DNA of 64,000 nucleotides, taken from Hormiphora californensis. Its lineage: Eukaryota > Animalia > Ctenophora. The position numbers and the translations under genes are program-made. The notes below the pieces were generated by a model that searched no databases, had not been told where the DNA came from, and saw only the letters and a list, made by a program, of their open reading frames with translations. Of this stretch, positions 1-12,395 are shown in pieces. Where the stretch lies: contig CM035362.1 in assembly GCA_020137815.1 (NCBI GenBank), positions 2,046,001 through 2,110,000 on the forward strand, given 5' to 3'. Position 1 is the first letter of the stretch. Each line of letters opens with the position of its first letter.

Positions 1-1040
1 TTTTTTGTTTCCAGAAAAAAGTTTAAATTTTGCCATTTTTTGGGCAAAGAAAACTAGTTTTTGAGTAAATTTTGGGGGTTGTAGGGGTCTATTTAGGTTT
101 TAACCACGAAAGGAAATTAAATAAGTGGTCCATTTTGGGGGTCCTTTTGGGTCTTGACCAATTTTTAGGCATATATGTAGTTACGTCAGAACCATTTATC
201 TTGAACCCCCCCCCCCCCTGAGCGTGCAGCATTATTAAATTATAACGTTTTTGTGTTACAAAAACACAATTTTATAATTATGGCACAGAACACAATGAAT
301 ATATTCCAATAAATCACTCCAAAATACTGGTCCTTGTCTCTTTTTGGAACAAGAATGTCATTACAAACGCCACACTCGAAACCCCACCAATACCTCCAAT
401 AAGGTACGGATAGTTGTCCAGACTCAGTAATAGTGCCGCTACCGCTGTTCCGATACTAAACAACCGACCTGTACTCAGCAGGTAGCCTTGTAACATTGCT
501 CGTTGATCGGTGGGGTAGACCTCGTTGGAATAAAGTTTGAAAATTGTAAAGCTGCACGACTTCACAAACTTAAGCAGGACAATATTGATCACCAATTTGA
601 TACTCCCTCCAATGCAGATGAGTAGCGCAAAAAGGAGCGCTGATAGTGCTCCAACAATCGTCCTGATCGACAGAATCCTTGATATATACAAATTCACAGC
701 CAGCATTATCCCTGCACCGGCAATATCTCCTGTCATACCTAGGGCCAACATCGAGAGAGACTTGTCACTGTAGGTATGGCAGTTAGCGGTGTGGTTGGTA
801 GACCCTAGCTCACTGTCACAATAGCCTTCATTATACATTCTAGGGCCACCAAACATCAGTAATGACCAAGTTAGGGACTGTGAGATGCTGACGAACATGA
901 AAGCTAAGGTATGCCGTTGGAAGGTCGTATCCCTGTAGGGGAGTTGTAGAAGTGAGATCTGGGTGGGGTCACCGACGTTGTGGTTCACCAACTCTCCCTC
1001 CAGAGGAGCTGTCTTATTCAAACGCCATATGTTGGCTATA

Positions 1041-1666
1041 TAGTACATAACTCCCTCCCGCGCGGGCATCTATTCAATAGACGCACTGCAGAGCAGTGCG
1101 TCTATTGAGCTGTAATGCACGGGTCCCGAAGGGACCCGTGCGTTACAGCCCTGTAAATCCCGAGCGTCAGCGAGGGGTTTACAGGTATATCTGCATGTAA
1201 GGGAGGGAGTTGTGTTCTATAGACCCCGCTGGCGGGCACCTAGAAGCAAAACAAGCACAAATTAGGTGGTTGACACCGAGAGAGCTCACACAAAACGGGT
1301 CAAACAGTTAGAAATGAAGCTACAGAGTGCCTCTCTACATTCCTACACACTCGTAACAATCGTTGTAACAGTTTCAAAGCGTGGAATGCAGAGAGAGATT
1401 ACAGTTAATTGTGGGTCATGAGCAACAGTTGCAACAGACTGGCGGGCGCCAAATCTAGACAGAGAGCGTTGTAGGTTGTACACACACTCCCTCTTGAGTT
1501 ACCAAGTCATTTTATCGTGTTTCCAGTGATTCTTTGTGATCTTTACACAAATCTGTCAGAGGGCGTGCGTCTATCGAGACACAAACTCACGGCAGTGCAC
1601 GGCCCAATAGACCAGTGCAAATTGTTTGAGCGCGCCGTGCGTCTATTTGAGCCGGCGGGGTCTATA
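1041..1666. mobile_element. Composite palindromic non-autonomous insertion: two inverted-repeat modules sharing a CTATAG junction
   Basis: CTATA repeated at 1036-1040 and 1662-1666. Module 1 (~1036-1222) runs ctata..aactccctccc to gggagggagtt..ctatag; module 2 (~1217-1667) runs ctatagaccccgc to gcggggtctatag. Internal hairpins are present. Confidence 0.8.
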
Positions 1667-2250
1667 GTAGTTTTAGCGGAGTCCAATCTGTCACATGCGA
1701 TATCATAAAAGGCTGATTCCCGTTGGGTCAGGGTAGCCAGGGCTCCGAGAAATCCGGGCACGGAGAGAATGACTAAGACGACCCTCCAGCCGGAAGATTC
1801 AAGGAGAGCTCTGGCGGTAAGGGCGGCAGTTAGCGCACCAATTCCGTAAGAAATGGACTGGGCAGTAAACACATAGGGTCGGGTCCAAACGGGCGAATAC
1901 TCAACTGAGTAAATAGTTGCTGCCGATGTTGCTATTTCTAAGAACAGTACTGTGATTCCACGGAATACCAGAAACTGAACAAAACTTGCTGCCATTATGT
2001 TGTAGAGCCGTCCAAATCGAGTGATGAGATGACCCCCAGCGACCCCGCCAGATATTGCTGAGAGAATAATTGTGAAGGGTATGATGGCCACTTGAAGTTG
2101 GGAAAGGGACCACTCACACTTCAGTTTGGGTATTATGGTACCTAACACTGTATTCTCTGCTTCTTTAGTAAACTGTGAGATTAGGGCACAGAATATGGGT
2201 ATCACGGTTCCGGGTCCTACTCCAGCGTGGTTTAGTGCTTCCTGGACGGT

Positions 2251-2340
2251 ATATGTTGGTTTGTCTGTGCTATCTGTTGGTTTGTCTGTGCTATCTGTTG
2301 GTTTGTCTGTGGTGTCTGTTGGTTTGTCTGTGTTGTTGTC
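2251..2340 (-). repeat. 21-bp coding tandem repeat (TDKPTDS/T x~4) in the MFS N-terminus
   Basis: tgttggtttgtctgtgctatc repeated; translation visible in ORF 1543..2442. Confidence 0.85.
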
Positions 2341-2853
2341 AGTGCTGCCATAGTCCTCCACCGAGCTGGTTCCCTTTACCGGGTCCTGGTTTGACATCTT
2401 CTTGAGTCGCCTGGCACACCGTGTTCTGTGATATATGAACAATTCAACTATCTTCGAGTTTATAATTACACATTTCTATTAATGGATAAGTTTGAAAGGA
2501 AATAAACTCAAATTTATTTGATAGCAAGTATCTAGACAAACAAAGCAGAATTATATGAAGCAAACAGCTAGCACAATAACATGATAATATGCAATAAATG
2601 CAAATGTATTGTACGATAAGATGGTTGGGGCCTCTGGAGACTGTGATCGAATGTGTAATCAAGTGAGATGAGGTAGTTTAGTTGAAGTTTTTATGTCCTG
2701 GATAGCCTTAATAATTAATGCTGTTTTGAAATATCTCGAGTTATAGGAGCTAGTTGCCTATGCTAGACTCTGTTTCGTGCGCCCTAAATATAAAGGAGGG
2801 TTAGAAGTTATGTTCTAACTTAGCTTTAGAGCATAACAAACATATTTGTGAAC

Positions 2854-3012
2854 TAAAATTGATACCCTTCCCCTCTCTAGAAACTACAAGCCCCCCTTTC
2901 CCTCTTACATGTCTGTGAACTAAAATGGATACCCTTCCTCTCTAGAACCATTAAAATTGATACCCTTCCTCTCTAGAAACACTAAAATGGATACCCTTCC
3001 TCTCTAGAAACA
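2854..3012 (+). repeat. Tandem copies (~4) of a 3' splice-acceptor unit
   Basis: aaaat(t/g)gatacccttcctctctagaa repeated; the last AG (3006-3007) precedes the first visible fusogen exon. Confidence 0.75.
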
Positions 3013-6000
3013 CCTGAAGGAGAACGTGGTGTATAATATCGATCTGGACACGGGAACTACTGCTGATGAAATGGGTACATATATAACTCAATTAGTTACT
3101 GCACTTCCAATTGTATAACTAACTCATAACTAATTAAAATGATAGTATTCAACTAATTGCTACTGATATAATCCAGTGTCTAATTAGTGCTAATTACTGA
3201 TATCCAGTATATCTAATTAGTGCTAATTACTGATATCCAGTATCTAATTAGTGCTAATTACTGATATCCAGTGTCTAATTAGTGCTAATTACTGATATCC
3301 AGTATCTAATTATTGCTAATTACTGATATCCAGTATCTAATTAGTGCTAACTACTGATATCCAGTATCTAATTAGTGCTAATTACTGATATCCAGTATCT
3401 AATTAGTGCTAATTACTGATATCCAGTATATCTAATTAGTGCTAATTACTGATATCCAGTATCTAATTATTGCTAATTACTGATATCCAGTATTAAATAC
3501 CTCCTCAGTGACACTAAACATCGCTACGTCAAGTACGGCTAGTCTCCTCCCTGCTGGGTGGTACTTTGGGTCTATCTCGGGGAGTGAGTTACGGACCAAC
3601 GTGAAAATTAATGGGTGAGTTTAACATTGCGCTGTTTTTGTGTCAACAAAACTGACAGATTATATGCCACAACTTTTGTAATAGTAGCTTAGTGGTATAG
3701 CTGTCAGTTTCAATTTTAAACTAAGTTGATTGTTGAGTCATGTCAAACTACCGTGTGCGGCAAAAAAAATCCCCCCCCCCTAGACCACCATAGTTGCCGA
3801 TGTGGTGGAGAGCTGTAACTTGGCAGGGTTGCTCCACTATGTCTATCTTGATCCTGACAGAAAAATCAGAGCTCTAGCTCAAAATTCATTTTCATGAACG
3901 GAATGAACATTGTCATTCATTCCAGGAAAAAATATTTTCCGGTCCAAAATTTAACTAATTATGTTTGGCTATCGATTAGCTTTCCAATGTGACCAAGATC
4001 AGCTAAATTGGACAACCACAAGAGACACAGTGTCATGTTTCTTAAAGTTAGTCAGGTCATGTGATCTTCACTGAATCGTTGATCGTGTTCAGTATTACGA
4101 ATTGGTCTAAGTGGTAGAGAATCACGTATCACATCTGCTAATGAGGGATGACGATGCTGATTGGTCATCAGATCTGTAGCTCTTTGATAAATGTCCTCTT
4201 TCCTCGAATCACATCACCCTGTATTGGTACACATACCCAATTAGCGGCCATGATACGAGATTCCTTTGCCCATTGGCCCGATTAGCAATCCCGGAAACTC
4301 AACGATTCGGTGAAGATCACATGACCTGACTAACTTAAAGCAACATGACACTGTGTCTCTTGTGGTTGTCCAATTTAGCTGATCTTGGTCACATTGGAAA
4401 GCAAATCGATAGCCAAACATAATTAGTTAAATTTTGGACCGGAAAATATTTTTTCCTGGAATGAATGACAATGTTCATTCCGTTCATGAAAATGAATTTT
4501 GAGCTAGAGCTCTGATTTTTCTGTCAGGATCAAGATAGACATAGTGGAGCAACCCTGCCAAGTTACAGCTCTCCACCACATCGGCAACTATGGTGGTCTA
4601 GGGGGGGATTTTTTTTGCCGCACACGGTATGTCAAAAGTTAAACTCCCTCCCAGTCTCAATGAGTGGAATATGAACAAGTTGGGATGGTACAAGGTGCAG
4701 GATGGGTATGATACCATTAGGGAGAGTACAGTGAGGAGAGGCCTTTGTAGCATCCACTGAGAACTGTGGAGAAAACAAACTGAAAACAAGTGAGTTATAT
4801 AGCAGCTGTATATTCTGGGTACCTACTCCAAAGATTTCTTGACTATATCGGGATCCTGAGCTCCGAATTTCGTTAAGCTATGAATATAATTCCAACCCAG
4901 ATTTCGCGGCAGCCTACTACAATAGATTCCCTGAGGAAGCAGAACACGTCAGTACCTTCCTGTACAGCAAGGTGAGTACATGATGGTCCTCTGTCAGAGC
5001 ATTGGCCTGACAGATATTCCTAGGGCAAGAAAGAGTAAGAAAGGACCGGCTTGGGAACAATCTGCACGCATGAGAATTGAGAGGGTATCAAACGAAACTT
5101 TGTGTTTGGATTATGCTAATTTTAATTCTAATTCTTCCTTCACAGGTTGGTCATGTTGTTCGAAATGACAGTGCCAGACAGGTGATAGCCTTCCACAGGA
5201 GTTCACCCCGACTTGAAATCAAACTAACGTTTAGAAAGGATAACAAGGTAACTACCAGCATGATAAGGTAGAATTAATGATTGGGTACCTGTAAAAAGAC
5301 AACAAGGTACGAGATCGATCGGTGCAACCTAAAACTGCAACTGGCCCCACCACATTTCTCAGGAGTACAAACTGTAGCCACAATACATGTCATATGTTAT
5401 GAGTGACAGAAGCTACCACAAATACCACAAGAACTAATCGTCCCCCTAGCCCCTAATCTTCCCTTCCCCAGGTTTCGATGATCTATGACAAGTCTGAGAT
5501 GGCTGATTTCACTGGGCTTATCTTCCTTGACAAGTTTTCTAACAGGTAGTAGAGGCCTAATATAATCCACATCAATTTAGTCATTATTTTATTCTCGTAA
5601 TGAGCTGACAATTAATTAATTAACATTAGTTAATTAATATCATCCCCCGCTAGGTATCTGAACATCACGGTCATGCAAGCGGCTGGAAGTATTGTTGGGA
5701 ATATCAAGGTAAGCTGAAGCTGATGTCGCTGTGTGGCATTATTTCTTATCCCTACAGCTCATCTTTTATCAGATCTTCTTCTTTCAATCCTTCTTTCAAT
5801 CCTTCTGACCAAATACCAATCTATCCCTTTCCCCTTTCCCCCACATATATGATATTGCTGACCTAAATGTTATTAATAGTTGTTGGGGGTTTGGAAAACT
5901 TTTGGGCCCAAACAAACACATCAACAGCAAAGCACAATAAACCCACGCTGACCGTTCACCGTGTAGCCCACTTTTGCAAACTACAATCGCTGCAAAGAGA

Positions 6001-7514
6001 GTCGATATATTCCGCAAATTAAAAACCGGACCAAGTATATTAAGTGAGAGAGTTCAAGTTCAACGGCCGCTGTAAGTAAAGCTGCTGAAACAACACAATT
6101 GATTTGATAAGAGTGGTTGCCATGGGGGTGAACCCCTCGTCCAGGAACCGACCGAATCAGGAAATACTGGTCCCTGATTGGCTGATAACCAGTCACGTGA
6201 CCTAAATAATGAGTTCTGATTGGTTGTTTACGTGTTTCGGTCGGTTCCTGCCCTCGTCCATCGCTGAGAGAGAGCTGCTGTGCGTACTAAAAATTGGGGG
6301 TACCAGGGTAGGGTGTCACTAATCCCCGTTCCCCCTTCTCACGCACCAGTTCCAGGGATACGAGAGAGATTCGTTCTACATCTATGTAAAGTCCAAGAAA
6401 CCAACCAACCACAACGCCATCGTCCGAATTAGCTCTGCCTGCGAGTAAGTTGATGAATTGAATTGAATTGAATTGTTGTCTTTCAAGTGGTGCATATAAG
6501 GGCTCCTATAAAATTGAGAGTCCTCCTATTAGGATCTTTCCGTGTAATAGTAACAATTGCAGTTGAAACATGTTCTCTTATCAGGCAGGTGGGAGATTTG
6601 AAGAAAGCTGAGACGTGCCTCAAACCCCTGGGAACTGGTGAAGTGGTCGTGAAACCAAAATGCTACTGGGTGAGTCATGTTCTGTTCAAACGCTGTCGCA
6701 GCATTGGCCTGACCCTATTCTCATTTTGCGAGAACCATGTGGTCAGAGCATTGGCCTGACAGTTCAAACGTGGTGAGAGATTTGAATTGTTCAGTGTCAG
6801 CTGCGACCCAAGTAAGACAGATGATCGAGTAGTACTATGTAGTACCCACTACCCTGCCTAAAACTCCCTCTTTCCCTATTTCTCTTGTCGAGTTGTTTAC
6901 TTTGTTTTCAGTTAGGTAATCTACACATTCCCCATCTTTCTTGTCGAGTAATTGCAGTTGTTTACAACACTTAATGTTTTCAGTTAATCTGTACGGAGAA
7001 GAAGAACGAAAAGTTTATAGCTCCTGAAGATGTCGTTGAATACACCCCCGAGGAACAAGATGATATCCTTTCTCTAGCAACGTGGACAAAATACATGAAC
7101 CCCGCAAAATGGTTTGACGGGAAAACTGGAATTGTGGAGTGGGTTGTCATCATAATCTTCGTGATAGTCCTCTCCGCAGTCATAGCAGTTCTCCTGAAAA
7201 TCCTCAAGATGTTCGGTTGTCTCTTTAAGTGCATGAAATGCCTGGGTGTCTGCCGGAAGAGAAGCAAAGATAGATATGAAAAGGTGAGATATCGTGCGGG
7301 GAGTTTTGGGCGAAGTCAGGTGAAAAGTGTGGTTCCTGTGACCCGGAGTCGGTCTACAGCGGGCCCCGGGGATGATAGTTTACCGGATGATTTGCATTAT
7401 ATTGTTGTAAATGACAATACTAATCACTATGAGACACTACCAAATAGTAAGAAAAATGTGCGCTTTGATAGCGGGCAGTTCTTGAAAGGAGGTCGCGATG
7501 GGGTGTTGATTTAG
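3008..7514 (+). CDS. EFF-1/AFF-1 family (FF/fusexin) cell-cell fusogen, 3' part. Exons 3008-3074, 3509-3614, 4655-4789, 4901-4971, 5146-5247, 5472-5545, 5654-5708, 6350-6444, 6585-6669, 6984-7514
   Basis: All introns are GT-AG and phase-compatible except one extra base near 4735. The spliced protein has colinear FF motifs: GWYF…ELR, LNEWNMNKLGWYK, NC, SARQVIAFH, YDKSEMADFTGLIFLDKFSNRYLNITVMQAAGSIVG, WTKYMNPAKWFDG, then a TM helix and cytoplasmic tail. These match C. elegans EFF-1/AFF-1 motifs recalled from memory (LGWYR; DFSGSIIVDSKSNR.FNLTV..ASG; LNP..W..G). N-terminal half not in the window. Confidence 0.85.
3150..3492. repeat. 31-bp intronic minisatellite, ~10-11 copies
   Basis: Unit taattactgatatccagtatctaattagtgc, no spacers. 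Confidence 0.9.
3751..4627. mobile_element. Foldback MITE with ~320-bp TIRs and TA TSD (Tc1/mariner-type)
   Basis: TA|CCGTGTGCGGC…GCCGCACACGG|TA; arms ~3751-4075 and ~4306-4627 are near-identical inverted copies. Confidence 0.9.
6142..6250. mobile_element. 109-bp hAT-like MITE
   Basis: Ends CAGGAACCGACCGAA…TTCGGTCGGTTCCTG; 8-bp TSD ccctcgtc. Confidence 0.9.
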
Positions 7515-8681
7515 TTGTTTTACAGTGAATTATCATGGGGAATCTTGCCCATATTTGGTATGGGCTGTAAAATACCCTAAAAAGGCATGATTGTTTAGTG
7601 TTTAGGATATTTCAAAGACAATAAATAGTTAGTAGGTCACCAGATAATGTGAGATTATCCAAACACCCCTTTCTTCCCGATACCGCCGCACTATTACTCA
7701 TAGCTTGATTATCCCTGCCTCTTTTCTTGCCCAGCACCTAGTTTACATTATCCCGTCTTTTCTTGTTACTACAGTAGTCCCTCCGCTCTCCGTGATCTCT
7801 CCATCTGCAATGTCTACGGCGGCCGTGTAAATTTATCATCAGCTGGTTTGACAGGGCTGTGTTTTCTGGCCCCGCCCTTCTAATGCACCGTGTCTACCAT
7901 TGTCTACTGTTAGAACCGTGCAAATGTATCACCTGATTTGATGGACATGGCCACTGTACAGCTTAAATAAATTACGTCACTATATATTGAAAGACACAAA
8001 TCCGTCTGTCTGTCATACATACACCCAGAGCTATCGTCCAATTAATGAAAATGAGAGGAAAGAGAAAATGAGAGCAGCGAGAGAGAGGGAGAGAGAGAGA
8101 AAGATAGAGAGAGGAACGTGCCTGATAATTGAGTCAAATCAAAGAGAGAGGAGGGCATACACACACTGGTGAATCTATCTTTAGAAAATTTTGAGAGTTT
8201 GTCTACTAGCTGGACGGAAACGAGAAATAAAATGAGGTAGATAGAAGTGGGTGGAGAGAGGTGTGACAATATATAATTCCAGATGCAAATCAACTGGAAC
8301 TGGACCCAGTTAGTAATGATCTGGAACTGAATCTCCCCTATAATTGTGGGCCCAGAATTGGATTTCTCCTATTGTTTGGATCCCAGCTGTGTGAGCATGC
8401 TCCCCTTCCCACCCCCACCCCCAACCACACACCCCCCCCCCTTTCAGAGCAACTTCTTCAATTGGGGTGCAGGTGATAACATGACCATGGTCGATGTGAG
8501 CAGTAACTTCAAACACAAGGACATGAAAGATAATAGTTCATCAAGTTCATCATCTAGTTCTTCAAAATCTTCCATTTGTAAAGAGATGAAGACATCAATT
8601 GATCGGGTCTAATGTGGATGGTGGTTATTAGATATAGAGACGGTTTCAGTTCTATATTAACATGGTAAACATGCTGCAGTT

Positions 8682-8790
8682 CAGGAACCGACCGAATCAG
8701 GAAATACTGGTCGCTGATTGGCTGATAACCAGTCACGTGACCTAAATAACTAGTTCTGATTGGTTGTTTACTTGTTTCGGTCGGTTCCTG
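8682..8790. mobile_element. 109-bp hAT-like MITE, second copy
   Basis: Near-identical to 6142-6250; 8-bp TSD ctgcagtt. Confidence 0.9.
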
Positions 8791-10140
8791 CTGCAGTTCT
8801 AGGTGATTTTAAAATGGCTTGAAGTTTGTGCATCCCCCATTATCATGATGATGTCTCTCCATTTGGTTTTACTGCTGCCCCACAACGCCTGTTCGTTTGA
8901 TGCTGCTTCTTCTGTTCCATTGTGTTCACAACTGAACACATGTTTGGTGTTGCATGGATTCACCCAAAACGTCTACCCCAGTTATCTCGTGAGAGTACAA
9001 CATCAATAATTTACATTCCTTGTGTGCATGGTGTGTGAGATAACATCTGTATCTGACCCAGCGTGTCCTATTTGAGAGCTGTGCTCGTCTCTTCAATGGT
9101 TTCCATGGCGACTGTTGGAATTGAAGCATGGTTTAGTTTGTCGCACAAGGTACACGTTATATCGGCGTATCCGGTTTGTGAATATGAAATTTAACTAGTC
9201 TCCAATTTGCATGATTTCCTTTTACAGCTAACAGCCTATTGACTTTCTTCAGAGCTGTGCATGAATTCATCCAATTTTGTTGAATTGCAGTTTCAGCTGT
9301 TTTTACGCGTTTTTGTTCAGTGAAATGAAGTGTGCTGAGAAAAGTGGAAAGTTTTTACTTTTTTATTTAGCAAAAGATGTATGATTTACATTTTATTTTT
9401 CGAGAAAAACTGTAAAATTTAGGAATTATGAAGGAGAAACTTATATACACTCTGTCAAAAAAGTTAATATAAGATAACAGGTAGCTATAAAAACTTGTTA
9501 TTTATGCTATTTTGCATATGTATAAATGTATGTAATATTGTGTTTAAATATGAAGTATGTATTGTACAGTTTTTCTATCGATTTACTGTAAATTTACAAA
9601 AAGAAAGGTGCCAGTTTAAATCTGTTAATAGACTGAATATGATGGACAGAGTACAGACAATCTTTACTATTTGTATTATTTATTCACTTTTTACCTCATA
9701 GTTAATGATAATAGAAATTAACTATAACGCTGTAACATAACTAAGCAATTTATTCTTGATTTTATTTCCACCAAAAACGGATGAGACTTGTTTTATTTCC
9801 GAGCAATTATCAGCTCTACTGTCACAGTACTCACATTGAAAACAAGATGTAAATTACCATTGATTGAATCTCTATAGCCTGCGTTTAACTATCAACTTCA
9901 AGTTTTCTGTTTTGGGTTATTTTGGCAAACGCAAAGTGTCGCACAAACATTTCTCACATGTTTGTAGCGCGCGGTGACAATTTAGCAAACAACCGCAGAA
10001 TGCGCACGCGCAAATCATGTTGCGCGCCGCGTTGCTCAACCGGAATGGCGCCGCGCCATTTAATTCCGTGATTTCCAACAAATAAATGAAAATCCGAGTT
10101 TTCGGTTTTCGTAAACTTTTTAAAACTTTTTCCTAGTTTG

Positions 10141-11778
10141 TGGTGTGTGGGTAATAAGTTTACAAGTTTACAACAAGTTTACAATAAAAGTTTTAGTGTA
10201 CACAACAGGCCTTCCCTTAGTGGGTCCACTTAAATAAATTAAACACGTATCACCTCTCAGCCACTCTCAGACATTAACAGCACATTGAGGGGAAATATCA
10301 TTGGGAAGTGATGGATAGCCTCTGACAGGGGGACGGTCATAAAAGCCTGTCAAGTAATTGCCCAGGGATGATTTGAATTGACCTAAGCTTCCGCAAGAGT
10401 TAACGGCCGCTGGCAACCTGTTCCACAGGTGAGCAGCTCTCGGTCCGAAAGAAGAATGGTACTGATTCGCTCTCCAGGTCTCAGCCCGATGTGGAAACAT
10501 TGGCGGGACTAACCTCATACCCAGCCTTGCACTGTGTTGGAACACAAGATTTGCAGAATTCGGAACAAACCCATGGATCGTCTTCCACACATGTATCAAC
10601 ATGTAACGTTGTCTCCTACGTTGAAGAGACATCAGGTTGAGAACTTTTAATCTCTCCCAATAGTCGAGATTCTGCATTCCATCAAGTCTTCTGGTAAAAC
10701 ATCTTTGGACGTTCTCAATTGACTTGATGTCCCCAGACTTTGACGGGTCCCAGACCAGACAACAATACTCCAAAATTGGTCTGACCAGTGATTTGAAGAG
10801 TTGCAACATTACCTCTGGTGAACGATCTCGAAAAACACTGAAAATCCACCCAGATAGCAGAGAGGCTCTCCTAACAATGATGGCAATGTGCTTCGACCAA
10901 GAACCATCCGAGGACATCTGGACACCCAAGTCACGGACATCAGCTTCAGGAAACAGTTGTACTCCAGATTTTGTGGTATACGAACATATGTCAACTGAAA
11001 AAGGGAATTCCTTGTAGATTGCCGACTTGTTCAGTCTGTAACTCAGGAGTTGAAATTTCTGATCATGTAGCACCATATTGTTTATCTTGGCCCATTCTGT
11101 AACCCTCAAAAGATCAGTTTGTAAACCCTCCTGATCAACGATATCTGTTATGGCTTTCATTAACTTGGTATCATCCACAAAAGTGAGACACATACTGCCA
11201 TCCAGTACAGACTCCAGGTCCAGTATATAAATAAGGAAGAGGAGAGGGCCCAGGACACTACCCTGCGCCACCCCGCTGAGCACCTCCACCCATGGTGACC
11301 TAACCCCATCCACCATCACACACTGCTGCCTGCCCAGGATCCACGCACTGATCCACTGATGAAGTTTTCCTCCAATCCCGTACCTTTTCAACTTAGCTAG
11401 CAACACATTGATATCCACCGAATCAAAGGCTTTAGAAAAATCTAAATAGAGTACATCAACTTCTCTATCCCCACAGAGTTCGGTTAGGATGTAGTCGACA
11501 TGAGATAACAGTTGGGACATAGTGCTACGTCCCTTTCGAAAACCGTGTTGCGTTTCACTCTGCAACTGCATCTCGTCCAAATAATCAGCTATTCTCTTTC
11601 TGACTAGCCGCTCAAACACCTTCGATAAGTGACTGGTGATCGACACAGGGCGATAATTTCCCGTCGTAGACTTCGACCCTTTCTTAAAGATTGGTGTTAT
11701 GAACTGCTGCTTTAAACAATTTGGAACAGCCCCATCTGCAAATGACTTGTTCCATCCATCTGCAAATGACTTGTTCCA
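10141..11778 (-). mobile_element. 5'-truncated CR1-group LINE (RT domain plus 3' UTR)
   Basis: ORF 10267..11928 has PIFKKG, NYRPVS, QHGF, YLDFSKAFD, QGSVLGP, FVDD, RPILEY. (gtaaactt)n-like tail near 10150-10185. Putative TSD ttttcctagtttg at ~10128-10140 and ~12252-12264. Confidence 0.9.
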
Positions 11779-12240
11779 TAATAATAAGAAACCATAATAA
11801 TGTTCAAGAGCCTCCAAGAGCGTACCCCAACCAAGAGAGCCCAAAATCAAGAGCACACCACAATCAAGAGAGACCAAAATCAAGAGCACACCACAATCAA
11901 GAGAGACCAAATCAAGAGCGCACCACAATCAAGAGAGACCAAATCAAGAGCGCACCACAATCAAGAGAGACCAAATCAAGAGCGTACCACATCCAAGAGA
12001 GCTCCCCATCCAGAAGATACCAGATGTGGTGCGCTCTTGAATTTGGTCTCTCTTGATTGTGGTGCGCTCTTGATTTGGTCTCTCTTGATTGTGGTGCGCT
12101 CTTGATTTGGTCTCTCTTGATTGTGGTGTGCTCTTGATTTTGGTCTCTCTTGATTGTGGTACGCTCTTGATTTTGGTCTCTCTTGGATGGGGTGCGCTCT
12201 TGGAGGCTCTTGAACTTTATTATGGTTCCTTATTTATTAT
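11779..12240. mobile_element. Foldback element with arms built of 29-30-bp tandem repeats
   Basis: The left arm of (caccacaatcaagagagaccaaatcaagagcg)n is mirrored by a reverse-complement right arm around a centre near 12010. Confidence 0.85.
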
Positions 12241-12395
12241 AATTTATTCTGTTTTCCTAGTTTGCACTAATTTTCCAACAATTTCGCCCATGGAAAACCA
12301 AACTCCATTGAAATCGTGCAACATGTGCTCGTGGAGGCTATGTACATCTCAGGCATAGCCAAATCTGAAATCTAACCGTACCAAACCACAATAGG

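Larger units (their letters stand above)
314..2398 (-). pseudogene. MFS transporter (SVOP/SV2/OCT-like), intronless, interrupted by a 626-bp insertion at 1041-1666
   Basis: ORFs 1543..2442 and 314..1069 join in frame (…RLDSAKTTI-ANIWRLNK…) once 1041-1666 is removed. MFS motifs: GHLITRFGR, YSVEYSP..TR, GWRVV, ESAFY, YSNEVYPTDQRA, ETR. Likely start MSNQDP near 2398. Confidence 0.8.

Noticed and set aside
2621-2662. Possible first exon of the fusogen (MVGASGDCDRMCNQ|gtgag)
   Set aside because: Phase-compatible but no signal peptide or recognisable FF similarity.
3150-3492. CRISPR-like array of 31-bp partly palindromic repeats
   Set aside because: No unique spacers, no cas genes, and it lies in a eukaryotic intron; it is a minisatellite.
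8040-9130. Short minus-strand ORFs
   Set aside because: No coherent spliced model or recognisable motif.
11721-12358. Repetitive ORFs and the first ~50 aa of ORF 10267..11928
   Set aside because: Translations of foldback tandem repeats, not part of the RT protein.
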